A stretch of DNA of 63,128 nucleotides, filler included, from Conidiobolus incongruus B7586 (taxonomy: Eukaryota): the NCBI GenBank assembly GCA_000697335.1. It is 7 parts of 7 records of this genome, joined end to end, with 100 filler letters (N's around TTAATTAATTAA, not from the genome) between each part and the next. Parts side by side here need not be neighbours in the genome. Positions count along the whole stretch, not along the records: positions 13,034 to 26,589 come from JNEM01006033.1; positions 26,690 to 46,373 come from JNEM01006034.1; 5 more parts are not named here. One strand, 5' to 3'. Made by a program: the position numbers and the translations under genes. The notes under the pieces were generated by a model. That model did no database searches. It saw only the letters and a program-made list of their open reading frames with translations, and was not told the origin of the DNA. Of the stretch, positions 13,683 through 29,711 are shown in pieces (position 1 is the stretch's first letter; every line of letters starts with the position of its first letter).

Positions 13683-15738
13683 TTTGATAATAACTAGAAA
13701 AATTCAAAATTAAAAAAGTTAAAATGAATTTAAAAATACAAGGGAAAAGATAAAAAAGAATAAAGAGTGAATAAGATTGAATAATTTAAATAATTAATCA
13801 ATCAATTGATTAGTAATCAAATGGAAATAATTATGTATAAAAGCATATTACTCAAGTTGGGAACTTTATATTCAAAAATATATATAAGGCAAATTTGCAT
13901 TAGTAATCAATGATTTAAATATAAGTAGGTTTGAAGTTGATCAATTATTATCAACAAGTTGGTATTTTAAGATTTTTTTAATATATTTTAATATTGTAAT
14001 TAAATTAACATCTTTTGTGTCTTTAATATTGCTTATTTTTGCTGTCTTAATCATGTAAAGTAGTAGGTGAATTTACCTGCTACACGGGTATGGCCAATTA
14101 AGGGGGGAAATTTAATCTTTCATACTGAAATTTTTTATATATTAAATCTAATCCTATTATGGGATAAAATATAAATTGTGGGATTTTGTATTAATGATTT
14201 AATTTTTTTGATTTCAATTATCACATTGCTTTTTGAGAAATTTCGATATAGCTTTGTATGCAATATGAAGAAACTGTACTCAAAAAGAAATATATTGATA
14301 ATAACTAGATTAAACAAAGTATATGTTAAGGTAATAAAATCGAAAAACATATTTGAGCAAATATGTTGTTGTTTTATTGTTAAAATATTGAAGTTTAATA
14401 TACTATGTTATCATGATTCATTGAATAATTTTAATATGTCTTTTTTTACACTGGAAATTGTAAATACTCCATGATAATCACAAATTATTTTTCACTTATT
14501 TATTATGATTGATTAGTTACCTTTTCAAAGTAAGAAGGAGATCTGTATTATCTAATTCTAAACCTTAATGTGATTAAATATAAAGATTGATAATAGCTGA
14601 AATATAAAATGACTAACTGCTTTTTTTAGTTGTGAATAAAAAATTGAAATAATATATAAATACATTGTTATATTTATATTGATTATTAGGATGTAAATGT
14701 TAAATTAAGCGAACAAATAGATCCTATTAAACATATACCATACTTTGAATTTTTCAAAATTTATTTTTGATAAACAAAAATAATAATTTGTTCCAATTTT
14801 TATTAGGTTTTGAATAACCAAAATCTGATAAATGGTAAGATTTTTAAAAAAGAATCGCTTGTTTTTATTTGTTTTTGTATTTTGAATTCTAAATTATATC
14901 TGATATTGATTGATAATATTTCATTTTTTAAAGTTAGCTTTTAAACAAGGTTCACTAAAACTTTGGAAATTAGCTGATATTTTAATATATTCAAGTCAAA
15001 AATTGTAACTTTTGAACTGATTCAATTCTTAACAATGATACAACTTTTTGAACCTCAGAACTAACAAAATGTATCAATATCAACCCATTAATTGCACCAA
15101 TAATATCTATCTGAGAGGGATTGGTCAACCAATCAAAGGATAGTTCATTAGATTTATGAATTAAGCCCATTTAACAAATGTTTTGAGTTTGTTGAGTAAT
15201 TAAGAATTAGTGATATTTATCTATTAATAATAATAAGGTAAAAATTCAGAAATACTTCAAGTGATAAAATATAGAATACTTAGATTTCTGGTATATTTTA
15301 ATAATGTTCTTTGATTCTAATTTCGGCGATTATATTAGAAATTTAATTCAATATAAATAATATAAAGCTAAGGATTTAAGGGGTAATTGAGTTCAAATTT
15401 TAAAGTCAGGAAAATGAAGGTGACTATGATATCATGAATATGATTGGTTCAAGAGATTACTAATGAAAATTTAATATTATTTGTGATTTAATTAATTCTT
15501 CTAATGAAATAACAAATTCAAAACAAATTTCCATTATAATATATCTTGTTTAAATTTTGTAAACTTAATCATACTCAGTTACATTGTTAATGCTCTTTAA
15601 TCAAATCTCTCATTCATATCATTATTAAAAATATCTATCGCACAAAAGTTCTTTTTATTGTTTTTTTAGTTTACCATTCATAATATTAATATTAATCATT
15701 AAACTATCTATAGAATAGTTAATAGTCATTTCATAAGG

Positions 15739-17046
15739 ATGAGACCTCGTGAACATTATCAGCATGTACCTGTTAGCTCTTCGGAAAATTTAGAACATTT
15801 CTCTAATTTAATTGATAATAATAATTTTGAAGAAAATGACAATAATTTATTCAATGATGATGAGATAAATCAATATATACGTAATAACAATAATATGGAC
15901 GACGAAGACAAAGACGAAGAGGATATAGATATTCCGGAAGATGAAGAGGAGGAGGAAATACACATACCAGATATTGAAGAAGAAGAAGAAGAAGAAGAAG
16001 AGGAATTTGATTTTATTGAAGACGATATATTTTACGAAACTCCTAGCGTTATAGACTTAAATGAGGATGACCCTTTCCGGGAACAAATAATGAATGACAG
16101 AAACCCGTACCGGGATGTAATCTTTCACAGTTCAGGACCTAATCGCAGTTCAAGATATTCAAATGATTACCAAATAGGCTCTAGTTCTCGTTCACGAAAT
16201 CAAGGAAATCACAATGATAAATCCAACTTAGAAACTATTTTTTGGGAAGCTGCAGAATTTATTTTGAATTATGTTCCAGCACAAGATTTATCGTTCAAAA
16301 CACATCCACTCTCTTTTCTTCAGCCTGGAAGAACATTCACTGGCTCACAAAATTTAATTTCAGATAGTCATATCCCTGTTGATAAGGAAAAATGGGAAGT
16401 AAAAGTTGCCATTCATTCGACAAACCCTGAGCAGGGAACTATTGTAGGGTTAATGGAAGCACTCAATGTACCTTCAGCGGCGACAACTGTAATTACCTAT
16501 TGGGAAGGAGAGATCATAGACTTTGTTAACTTTACTATGAGAACTAAAAAGTGGTCCGCAGACTCAGAAGTTGATTTATTTCATTGGAAGATGTTTCAAC
16601 CTTTTAAACATTTTGATCCAAGGTAATTTACTTTTATATAATTTAATTCTATCTTTGGCTTAATTAAATACTTTCTAGTGAAGAGAATATCCAAAATATT
16701 TATCAAAACTATATATTTATGAGATGGAAAGGTATCATCAATATTTAAGTCAAATTTATATAATTGTTGCTAATTTATACTGATCAATATAGAAAAATTC
16801 TTCGTAAATGTCTCACCTACAGAAAGTGGGCTTACTATTGCTGGTTTCTATTATATTTGTATTAGGAGGATAGATGGTCATATTGAAGGTGAATATTTAA
16901 CTTAACTCAAATTGCATCTTGGATACTAATCTTGATCACTATTAGGCTTATATTATGAACCAGGACTCACTCCCTTCCAAAAATTAAGCCTTCAGCCAAG
17001 TTTACAAGGCAATGGACTAAATTTTAGTGAATATGCATTTGCCTAA
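15739..17046 (+). CDS. GID4: GID/CTLH complex substrate receptor Gid4/Vid24 with a long acidic N-terminus (3 introns)
   Basis: SFLQPGRTFTGSQ, WEVKVAI, GLMEALNVP, TYWEGEIIDF, YIFMRWKEKFF, GLTIAGFYYIC, EGLYYEP...PFQKLSL. Confidence 0.9.
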
Positions 17047-17320
17047 CCCATAACAGTCCTCTTGTACTACTACAATATCTTTATCCATAATTTTTCCAAC
17101 ATTTGTAGTCATGCTAATCTGTATTTATTGTACACATTTTTAATTATATAAAAATAAAAATTAAAAGGTCAGAAACTATATAATCATAGTAAAACAAAAT
17201 ATAGCTTCCATAAAACTAATATAGCAAATGATTCAGCTAAAGGAATTTGCAAATGTTCTGAAAATTGAATTCAATTAAAGTTTTTTACATTAGGCTTGTA
17301 AAATAAACAAAAAATGGTAA

Positions 17321-17404
17321 CCGACTATAGCTCAATTGGTAGAGCGGGAGACTGTAGATAAAACTATAATCTCTAAGTCACTGATTCAATTCTGGTTGGT
17401 CCGA
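17321..17404 (+). tRNA. tRNA-Tyr(GUA) with 11-nt intron (17358-17368), degenerate, possibly a pseudogene
   Basis: Cloverleaf with D arm GCTC/GAGC, anticodon stem GGAGA/TCTCT, GTA at 17354-17356 and downstream TTTT; mismatches at C2:C71 and A53:C61. Confidence 0.8.
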
Positions 17405-17492
17405 TTTTCTTATTTTAACGTAGTACTTGTATTTCTGATATCAATATTTATTTTTCAAATTTAAAATTTCAAATAAGTTTATTATATAATAA

Positions 17493-18782
17493 TTATTTCA
17501 ATTGATTAGTTTCTAATTTCTCAAAATGATTTCTGGCCATTTTAATGTTCAGTAATGTTGCAGCAGATTCTAAAATTATAATGTTAAATGTTGTAGAAAA
17601 AGTTATGAAATTTATGACTTACGAATTGAAGGATCAGACATAATCAATAGAACGTAAGTATTATTGGTTAAAACATCCACAAAAGCAGTGAAATTAGGAT
17701 GCCTAATTTCCATGTTTTTAAATTGAGACTGGGATTTACTAAAAAACAGTCAATAAACAGCGATGCAACTTGTTTAAACGGTTATTATATACCTGCAGCT
17801 TAATTTAAACTGTTTAATAATGTTGCTAATCTTTTCAAATCGATGTGTGTCCATATTGCTAGAATTATTATTATGTTCAGAATAGTGGGAAATGACAAGG
17901 AACGTCGTCTTTTCGAATAGAACAATCTCTTCAGCTTCACATATACTTGAAAACTTTTTTAAATGGGACTCTAATAACTTGACATTTGGTACAAGACTAT
18001 AAACAATAGAAGACCATGCCTATAAGCAAGCATTAATATTTGGTGATAAATAAATCAATGATGCTTTATATTACCTGATATAGAGTTTCATCCCAAATAG
18101 AGGTTTTAAAAGCGCTAATTTCTAATGGTTGACTAAGATTCTTCAATTCTTGCACTCTTTGTTCAAAAATCTAAATTTAATTAATTTCAATCCCAGTGAA
18201 TATTATTAAAAAATAAATTACATGATCTCTCAAATCCTCTTGAACTAAATCCATTTTATGTATCAAACAGAAAATTTTAGCATCTTTAGAGTTAGCTTGG
18301 ATAGCTTCGATACAAGTATGATAATATTGGAAATCTTTTACAGGATCTCTACTTTCAACGTCAAATACATAAATCAAAACTTCGACATTTCTAAAAATAT
18401 GGTCTTTTTGACTAGTAAAGTAATTTTCCATAAAAGCTTCTTGACTATTAAAATAAAATAAATATTTTAGTTTAAATAATTAAATAATTAAATACCCTCC
18501 ACAGTCCCAAAGATTTAAAACCAAATTACCTAAAAATCTTACGTGGGAATGTTCCACATCAACTAGATAAAATCATTAATTGATTCATAATAAATTTAAT
18601 AAATCTTAAACTTACGAGTAGCACCTAATCTTCTGGTATCCCTGGCGATGTAATTGGAAAAGATGATAGACCTCATAGAAGTCTTACCACTTCCACTCTT
18701 TCCCATTAATAAAACCTAATACATAAATTAATTGTTAGATCAATAAATCCTCTTTTCATAAATGTCTTACTTTTTTCTTCAT
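17493..18782 (-). CDS. GTR1: Rag GTPase RagA/B (multiple short introns)
   Basis: [75 protein letters not shown]. Confidence 0.97.
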
Positions 18783-19437
18783 TTTTATTTTCTAAAATTG
18801 AATTAACCATCATCATTTATCCAATTTATTTCATTAAAATAATCTAATAATACATTTATAAGAAAATTATGGGAAAATTCTATTATTTTATATACATTTA
18901 TCAAATATTAATTTATTATTACTACTGCATTTATTAAATGCTAAACTGAAAACTTTTGTGATAGTTTGAATGATATTGTCATCAAATAAAAATATAGCTT
19001 GAATTTTGATTTATTCAAAAAATCATTTAAATTGTTGAATAGGCTTATATTGATATCATCTGAATTGATGAAATATATAAAAATATCTAAAGATAACAAT
19101 CATCACAAATTATAATCTATTACTAGCATAATGGGAATCATTATACATATATTAAATTTATATTTTTATACCAATTAGATATTAATTTTGATGATAATTA
19201 ATTTGAAATTATTATACCTCAAATTCATTTCAATTTACTGAATTTGATATGGTACTTTCAGATTTTTTTCAAAACCATCATTAATAATTAGAAGTATTTG
19301 ATTATTATTTTCTCAGAATTTTTAAAAATTCAAAATACAGCTAAACTATATAGCATTAAAAATATAATATCATTAAAAACGAATATTTTGTATCTGATAT
19401 AAAATCTCTAATTTATATCTTTTATTTTTATTTAATA

Positions 19438-21373
19438 ATGAGAGCAAAACCTAAACTAAATACTTATACATTTATTGACAAAACTAAATTGACCAATTTT
19501 CAAACTTTATTAAGAGATTACATTGATACAAATAGCTCAAAAACTCCCCCTTTTACCAAGTTAGACTTAATTAATATAAAAAACTATTTAATAGATTTGG
19601 AGCTGGAGTTAAATAGCTCTACTAATCAAATCGATGAAGATACTAAAAAATTTAACCACTATATAAGGAAACGATTGAGAGGAAATGATGATAGTTTGTC
19701 AGATTCCGAAGCAGAGGAAGATGAAACTAATGTTGAAAATGAAGACCAAGATAGAGATAATTCCAATAGTGATGAATTTAAACCTGTGTTAGAAGACAAA
19801 AAGAGTAAGAGGACACGAACAACGATAGTGAAAACAGAAGATGATCTATTGAAACCTCCTAATCCAATTGGTAACACATTTATAATCTTTTATTTTTAAT
19901 TATATTTATAGTCATCATTTTAGTTAAAGAAGAAACTCCTGAAAGAGAACTTAGATCAAGGTATATATGTTTTATTTGAATTATTGAATATTTCTTTTTA
20001 GATTTACTTTGAAACTAATAATATTAATAGCTCTAGATTAAGATCGCGGTCAAATCGAAATACACCTGTCTTAGGTATTTGCATAGTTCGATTGTGAATT
20101 CAGTAATAAATATTAATAAACTGACCTTTTTTAGAGCCTGAATTATTACCTCCTTCAGTGAAAGAGAAAGCAAAAGCTTCCCCCAGAAGAAATAATAAGA
20201 GTAAACCAAGTAAAATATTGGTAACTCTGATAATATAAAACATTCTTTCTACAATATTAAATTATGATTTTAATAGTCAAATCGACCAACACCATCCTCT
20301 GAAGTATCTAATCTGGAAACTAATGAAACACCTCACTCGCCGCTTCCACCCCGTGTACCTAGAATAAGCCTTGAGGCAATTAAAACTAAAATACAGGAAG
20401 CAATCCAACTCAAACCACTTCCTCCACGACCTGTCGGAGTACAATGCCAATCAAAGCTATCAGATGCTTTATTAGAAATTGAAGAAGACTTTACTAAGCA
20501 AAACAATACTAATCAAACACCTATTACAACATTCTATAATTGGTTGGATCCTTATCTAAGAAATATCACTGAAGACGACCTCAAAGTACTTCAAACTCAG
20601 GTAACTAGCATATTTTTTGAAGTGATAATGTCAACTCATCAATAACTAGAATGACATTGAGCCATATCTTGTAACTCCTCCAGTTGGAAAGCATTACAAA
20701 GAACGATGGAATGAAAAAGATCGCAAACTGTCAGTCTATAGCAAAGATGGCACAATATTGGCTCCTGATCAACCATCCACATCATTAGCTGGGCCTTTTT
20801 CAACTCGATTGTTCGCTGCACTTCTTCAGGAGCAGATAGATATGCCTCCACCTCCAGAAGACGATACAGAAGACGAAGGAACCGAACAAAATCAGAATCA
20901 AACTCCATCCACACAAAACACGAACCCAGTTTTGACAATGATTTCGAAAAGAGAGTCCGTCGTGAACTCCTCTTCCTTGGACTTATCCAAGAGGAAGATC
21001 TTGAAAAGCCTGCTGAAACTGAAGACACACCAGTCGTTGCAGAACTTAAGAAACTACAAAAGCAACTTCATGAGCAAGCACGTGTCAACCAACAACGTAA
21101 ACACCGATTACTTCAAATAGCTCAGGAGCACATCGCCTATCAAGAATATTCAGCAATTCTGGATGAATTGGACAAAACTATAGAACAATGCTACCTTAAA
21201 CGCCTCAAATCACTCAAAGCAAAGAAAAAGAAATCGACTCACTTAGACCACTTTCCGAATCGACACTTGCGGCTCTCGATCGAAGACAGAGGTTCATTGC
21301 AGCTCTTTCACCCCTCTTCAAGAAAGAGAATTATGATCTGCCCAAAGAATCAATATATAAAGATATCGTGTAG
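19438..21373 (+). CDS. ADA3: SAGA/ADA subunit Ada3 (Ngg1); two apparent -1 frameshifts at ~20915 and ~21225
   Basis: DFTKQ...QTPITTFYNWLDPYLRNITEDDL, PPVGKHYKERW, GPFSTRLFAALL, FEKRVRRELLFLGL, AYQEYSAILDELDKTIEQCYLKR and LDRRQRFI...PKESIY lie in three successive frames. Confidence 0.85.
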
Positions 21374-22414
21374 GTGATACTGCTGACCAAGAACAATCCA
21401 AATCTAATTAAAATTAATCAAGGTTAACGAACTAATTGATCCATCTGACAAAAATAATAATTTTAGATTATTTAATCAGTTTATAGGGTCAATTCCATCA
21501 TCTGAAAAATATCAATTATATCATCAAAATTAGCATAATTTCTCATATATTTTTAATTATTGAATAAAATTTCAAAAAATTACAAATGACTATTAACAAC
21601 CGAAACAACATTAGTAACCATCAAGGATAAAGGAAACTTAGATTATCAAATTGAAATACATATTGACACGTTCAAATAAAAATTAAGTAATATTTTTTAA
21701 AATCCGGAATCATATTTTATAAAATACAAAAAGTTAGAATATCTCAAAATCAACCACACCCCATAATCTACATTGAATTTTCTAAAATATTTAAATTCAA
21801 TCATTTATATTTTAATAAACTAACTTTTCAATATTTAAATTTTTCAATTCAAATATAATATATAATTACATCTCTGATTACATAATTGTATATTCAATCT
21901 TAGCTTAATACAATGCTTACTATACACTAAAAATACCAATACCAAATTAATCCATAATATTGTAAATAATTCAAATCCAATATTTATTCAAATTAACATT
22001 TAAAAAAAATATCATTACCTTATAATATAAAATCTACAAAATATATTACATTAATGAAATAACATATTTAAAGTCTGAAATTAATCATATTTAAATAAAA
22101 TAATAACTATTAATCATTCTGTGTAATAAAAATTTAATATCAAATTCAAAAATTGCTAAATTATTTTATAAAGAAATTTACAATAATCAATTTCAAAAGA
22201 TATTAATATTGAAAAATGGAACTAAAAATATTGAATAAAACTATGTCATGAAAAAACTACTTGAGGAAAGTCGAGACATTACTATATTAATAATTTAATT
22301 AGTTTAATATGAAAGATCTATATAAACATAGTACTTAAAATGATTTGATACTTAATCCAAATTATTGATTAAAAAAATGAAAATCAAAAAAATAAAATAC
22401 ATCACCAGAACAGA

Positions 22415-22486
22415 CTCTCCGACTGGGAATTGAACCCAGGTCACCCGCGTGACAGGCGGGGATACTCACCACTATACTATCGAAGA
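22415..22486 (-). tRNA. tRNA-Asp(GUC)
   Basis: Reverse complement TCTTCGATAGTATAGTGGTGAGTATCCCCGCCTGTCACGCGGGTGACCTGGGTTCAATTCCCAGTCGGAGAG folds into a canonical cloverleaf. Confidence 0.97.
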
Positions 22487-23532
22487 TTAATAACTTAATT
22501 TTAAATTATATAAATCTATAATCACTAACTAATATTTTATAATTCATTATGAACCTAAACAACTAATTTACATATACTTTTTATATAATATCTAATTTAT
22601 TCTTTTTCATTTTTCATTAAACTTCATATCATTTTATTTCCATAATATTCAAATCTTTTATTTTCAATCAATTAAAAATATATAACTATAATTAACCCAA
22701 TTTAATAAATAGGTCATGGAACAAAAACAACATATGATAAATTGATTAAACTATATATTTTATAATCATAAGATATCGTAATAAAAGAATTCGTTAATTT
22801 TTTCATAATAAAACATTTTACTATACTATATCAAATAATTTGAAACATGTTAAAGTATCACGAACACAATTATTATAGATAAAAAAGAAACAAAAAGCAT
22901 AGCTGATAAAAATTCCACATTTTAATATAAAATATCATTGAATAAATTCGTAAATATCAATTTCATAATAAATAACAATTCCCATAAAAAACAAAGAATT
23001 GTAAAAAAAATCTATAAAGATAAAGCAAAATAATATTTAGAATGTCAATTTATTTTAACAAACTATTTCCAATGATTTTTAAAATTAACAGTAATCAAAA
23101 GATTATTTCTAAAGCTATAATGGGTGCAAGCTGCCAAAAGAACAAAGAAATGTTTTGTAAATGATTGACTTATAATAACATTAAACCTGATAGTTTTTAT
23201 ACATAATTATATTCGAAATACAGTCTTATGTCACAAAAAATAATTTTTCCAAATTGATTGAAAATTTAAAAAAAAAATGTTCATTATCTTAAATTAATTA
23301 AAAAATATCAAACATTTAACTATAGTAATTCCTCATCAAGTACATATTATTATTAATCATTCTAGTTTAATATGAAAAGCTATGTTAACTTGATCATTTA
23401 AAAACATTCAAATTAAATTTTCATCTCAATAAAATACACTTTTCGTGTTGAATCATGATTCGTCCAACAAAGTCCCAATAAAGCCCCAATGCCCATAATC
23501 AAAGTCATTACAAAGAAAATGAAAGGCGAATA

Positions 23533-23604
23533 AACACGTCAAAAGTATACAAAATTTCAGCATCAATATTATAATCATACCAAATCAAAATATTATGACG
23601 TGTT
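23533..23604. promoter_or_regulatory. Inverted pair of bZIP/UPRE-like sites (AACACGTCA and TGACGTGTT) upstream of the SERCA gene
   Basis: Two exact reverse-complement 9-mers at 23533-23541 and 23596-23604; TATATAAA near 23711. Confidence 0.45.
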
Positions 23605-23862
23605 AAGAACTATTAATACTCAGTTATCCTCATCTAAAAATATTAGATCTTCAAGAATGACTTGATTAACCAAATCAATAATTACTAAATCGCGATTGAC
23701 AGCAAATCCATATATAAATCAGGGACAAAAACAATTAATAAGAACTTATTGGATTAGTAATTCAAAATAAAATTCAGCATTAATATATCATTATTATCAT
23801 CAATATAGTACAACACTCTTACATCAATTGAATTAGATTTTGAATTATTAATTTTATAACTG

Positions 23863-26589
<2,727 letters not shown>

Positions 26590-26689
26590 NNNNNNNNNNN
26601 NNNNNNNNNNNNNNNNNNNNNNNNNNNNNNNNNTTAATTAATTAANNNNNNNNNNNNNNNNNNNNNNNNNNNNNNNNNNNNNNNNNNNN

Positions 26690-27251
26690 CCAACAGAGAT
26701 AAAAGAGTGATGATCGGGTAAAATAGATACACCTTTTACAATACCTCTATGACCAATAGTAGACCAGAAACATTCTCTATAATAATTCGATTAATTTCAA
26801 TTTATATTAAAATATTTTTGAATTTATATACTTGGTATTTAACTTCCAACCACGAACCTCTAAATAAATAATGTTAACAATTATATATTTTTCACTTGTT
26901 GAATAATTTTACCTCCGTCACCAGCACCAGAAACAATATATTGTAAATTTTTAGCGTGTTTAGCCATACAGTAAACACCGTCAGAATGGCCGGAAAGAGC
27001 GCCCAAAAAGGGTTTAGCGAACATTCTTTCCAACTTGGTAGCATTTAAAGCTCTGCTAAATTCTCTGGACTTTTGGAAAGGGTGCAATAAAGGATCGAAA
27101 TTTCTTTGAACTTTGTTTAATTCATTTTTATTGGCTCTGGTATAATCTTCAGCACTGCGTGAAATTGTCTTTACTTTCTATTATTTGTTTAAATTAAAAT
27201 ATTAATATTATAATTTAATACTTCAAAATAGAAATTAATAATTACCACCAT
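26690..27251 (-). CDS. SOF1: U3-associated WD40 protein Sof1/DCAF13 (5' part, truncated by gap; 6-nt first exon)
   Basis: MV|KVKTISRS...RNFDPLLHPFQKSREFSRALNATKLERMFAKPFLGALSGHSDGVYCMAKH. Confidence 0.95.
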
Positions 27252-27489
27252 ACTTCAAAATATTCTAATTATAATAATATTAAATTAAAATGATATCTTT
27301 TAGATTTTGGAGCTTAAATAATTTATATATTATATAAGATCTATTAACTTTTTATTATTTATTAAAAAAATATTCTTTGGAAGAAATTATTTAAATTTAA
27401 TTCAAGGAATTGCATTTTATGGGATCATTTTATTCTGAAAGATTGAATGAATGTAAACAACACATAGTTCAAAAATATTATCATAAAAG

Positions 27490-27524
<35 letters not shown>
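27490..27524. repeat. (AAT)n microsatellite
   Basis: Perfect trinucleotide run seen directly. Confidence 0.93.
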
Positions 27525-27526
<2 letters not shown>

Positions 27527-28036
27527 AATAATTTATAAAATGTTGTAGGTTACCAAAAGGAAGATATGAATATAACATTTAGCTTTTATATTATTTCAAA
27601 CTAAGTTTATAAATACTCTTTAGACTATACTAATTATTATTAAACTAAAACAACTATTCAAAATTTTCAGTCATCGATAAAGTCACAGCTTGATGCGATT
27701 TATAATTACATAAATATCATGAATATACTGACTAAAATATTGAACTATTGATTATATCAATTGTCTATTGAAATGATTATATATCAATTTTGATTATAAA
27801 AGTAAAAATATTAACCATTAAGCGCTCCTTGATAAAGATTACCAAGTCAAATAGTAAAAGATAGGTTTAAATGAAGTGTTATACCATATATCAACATAGT
27901 TCTATCATGTTTTTAAAATTAATTTTCGCAATAGATAAACATGATAAAATTAAATGAAAGAAATATTAAGTAATGTTATTTGGTTTAATAAAATTGATTA
28001 TTGAAAAACATTGATTTTAATCTGAAAATTAAATTT

Positions 28037-28619
28037 TTAATGGTGGTGAGGCTTTTGTTGGAAACGAATACCACCTAAAAAGTAAAATAAAATTAGTTTA
28101 AGAATTTAAAAATTGAATTTTAAAATACTTACAATAACCACAAGCATGAGGACCAGGTTTATCCTAAAATTAATATTAGTAATTAAATCAATATAATAAA
28201 CTAAATTTCAAACTAAGTACCAAGTTGATATATACTTTAGGATGACCTAAAGGACCGCCACCACCATTACAGTTGGCAATTCTACCTTCTACAAAACGAA
28301 TGGGTTCTTCATGAATTAATTCAATAGCAGCAAGGGGTTGGGGCTATTAAAGATCAAATCAGATGATGTAATATTCTAAATTAAATATTCCAATTACTTG
28401 AGCAGATAAATCAACTTGTTCGAAACGAGGATTTTGATAAGCAGTGATACGGTCTTGTTGACTGGCACTCCAGGTGGCAACTCTGTTGGCAGCTTGGTTG
28501 GCATGCTTGATGTGAGTTGGCTTAATTTTATGTTGGACAGCGGGAACGGAAGTGGAATTGAATCGAGTTTGAGTAATATTCAATCTAATCTTTTGATTTC
28601 TAATTAATCTCCAATACAT
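28037..28619 (-). CDS. NDUFS6: NADH:ubiquinone oxidoreductase zinc-finger subunit (3 introns)
   Basis: [16 protein letters not shown]...[54 protein letters not shown] (zf-CHCC). Confidence 0.94.
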
Positions 28620-29711
28620 TTTTATATATCTCAATTGATCTTAATTTTATTCCTTATCAATCACTAGATCATTTCAACTATTATCAGGATTGATAAGATT
28701 GAAAATTATGGGATATTGTAATATCGACTATCATAATAAAATTCAAATTTTGAATCAAAAACGACATATTACATCATGTAAAACTATGTTTAAAAAAATT
28801 CATTATTCAAGTTTTATAAAAAAAGTTGATGAATATTTTATTATGTTTATTTAATGACAATTTGTTTATTAAAAATACGAATTGATGCTATTTAATTTTG
28901 AAGACTTTCAAATTATCATAAAATTAATTAATTGCATTCTTGTCTAAGAAATACTCTGGTTAATATTTAAAAAGAATTATAATGATAATTTTGTATTACA
29001 TTTGAATATATCTCTTATTAACCCATTAAACAAAAATATTTTTAAGTCATATTTTTTATATAGTCAGATTGATATTAATCCACAATCAATAGAAATTAAC
29101 TTTTTATTATCATTAATATTAATTGATTTAGATAATCAATTATTTAAAGTTAATATTTTATAATATAAAAGGATCAATTTGAAAAAAATAATATAATATT
29201 AATGACATTGCTTTCAATACCATTATCTCAGCGGTGTTTGCAAGGTATTTATTTATTTATTTTTTCTACCTCTTGAATATTTTAAAATTAAATTAAAGCT
29301 AAGATTTTTGACAATAAAATTAAACGTTTTGATTTGTAAAATATCATTTTTTTTGGAACAGTGTGCTTGATTCAATTGAATATATAATATTATATTTTCT
29401 ATTGGTCGTTAAACTCTTGCATAAATATATAAGAGAAACGTACAAAATGATTAATGGTAAAATTGATATATTTTTCTCAATGTTAAAAAGTATCCAATTA
29501 AATCAAATAAAAAGCTATTATTACATTAACGCTGATATTTCAAAGTTATTGTAAATATAAAATTAGCCAACTGAATAATTTTTTGAAATTTTGAAATGTT
29601 AGTCAAAATCCTCAAATAATCCCATAAAAATGATATTTAAAATTAGTTTAAATTAACCTATTGTTGGATATTTCATAAAATTAAAAAATAATATTCTTTT
29701 AAAAATCCAAA

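Noticed and set aside
13695..13851. Possible 5' UTR intron of RPL10 hosting a snoRNA
   Set aside because: GTAATA donor and TTTCTAG acceptor are plausible, but there are no C/D or H/ACA boxes and it cannot be supported without transcripts.
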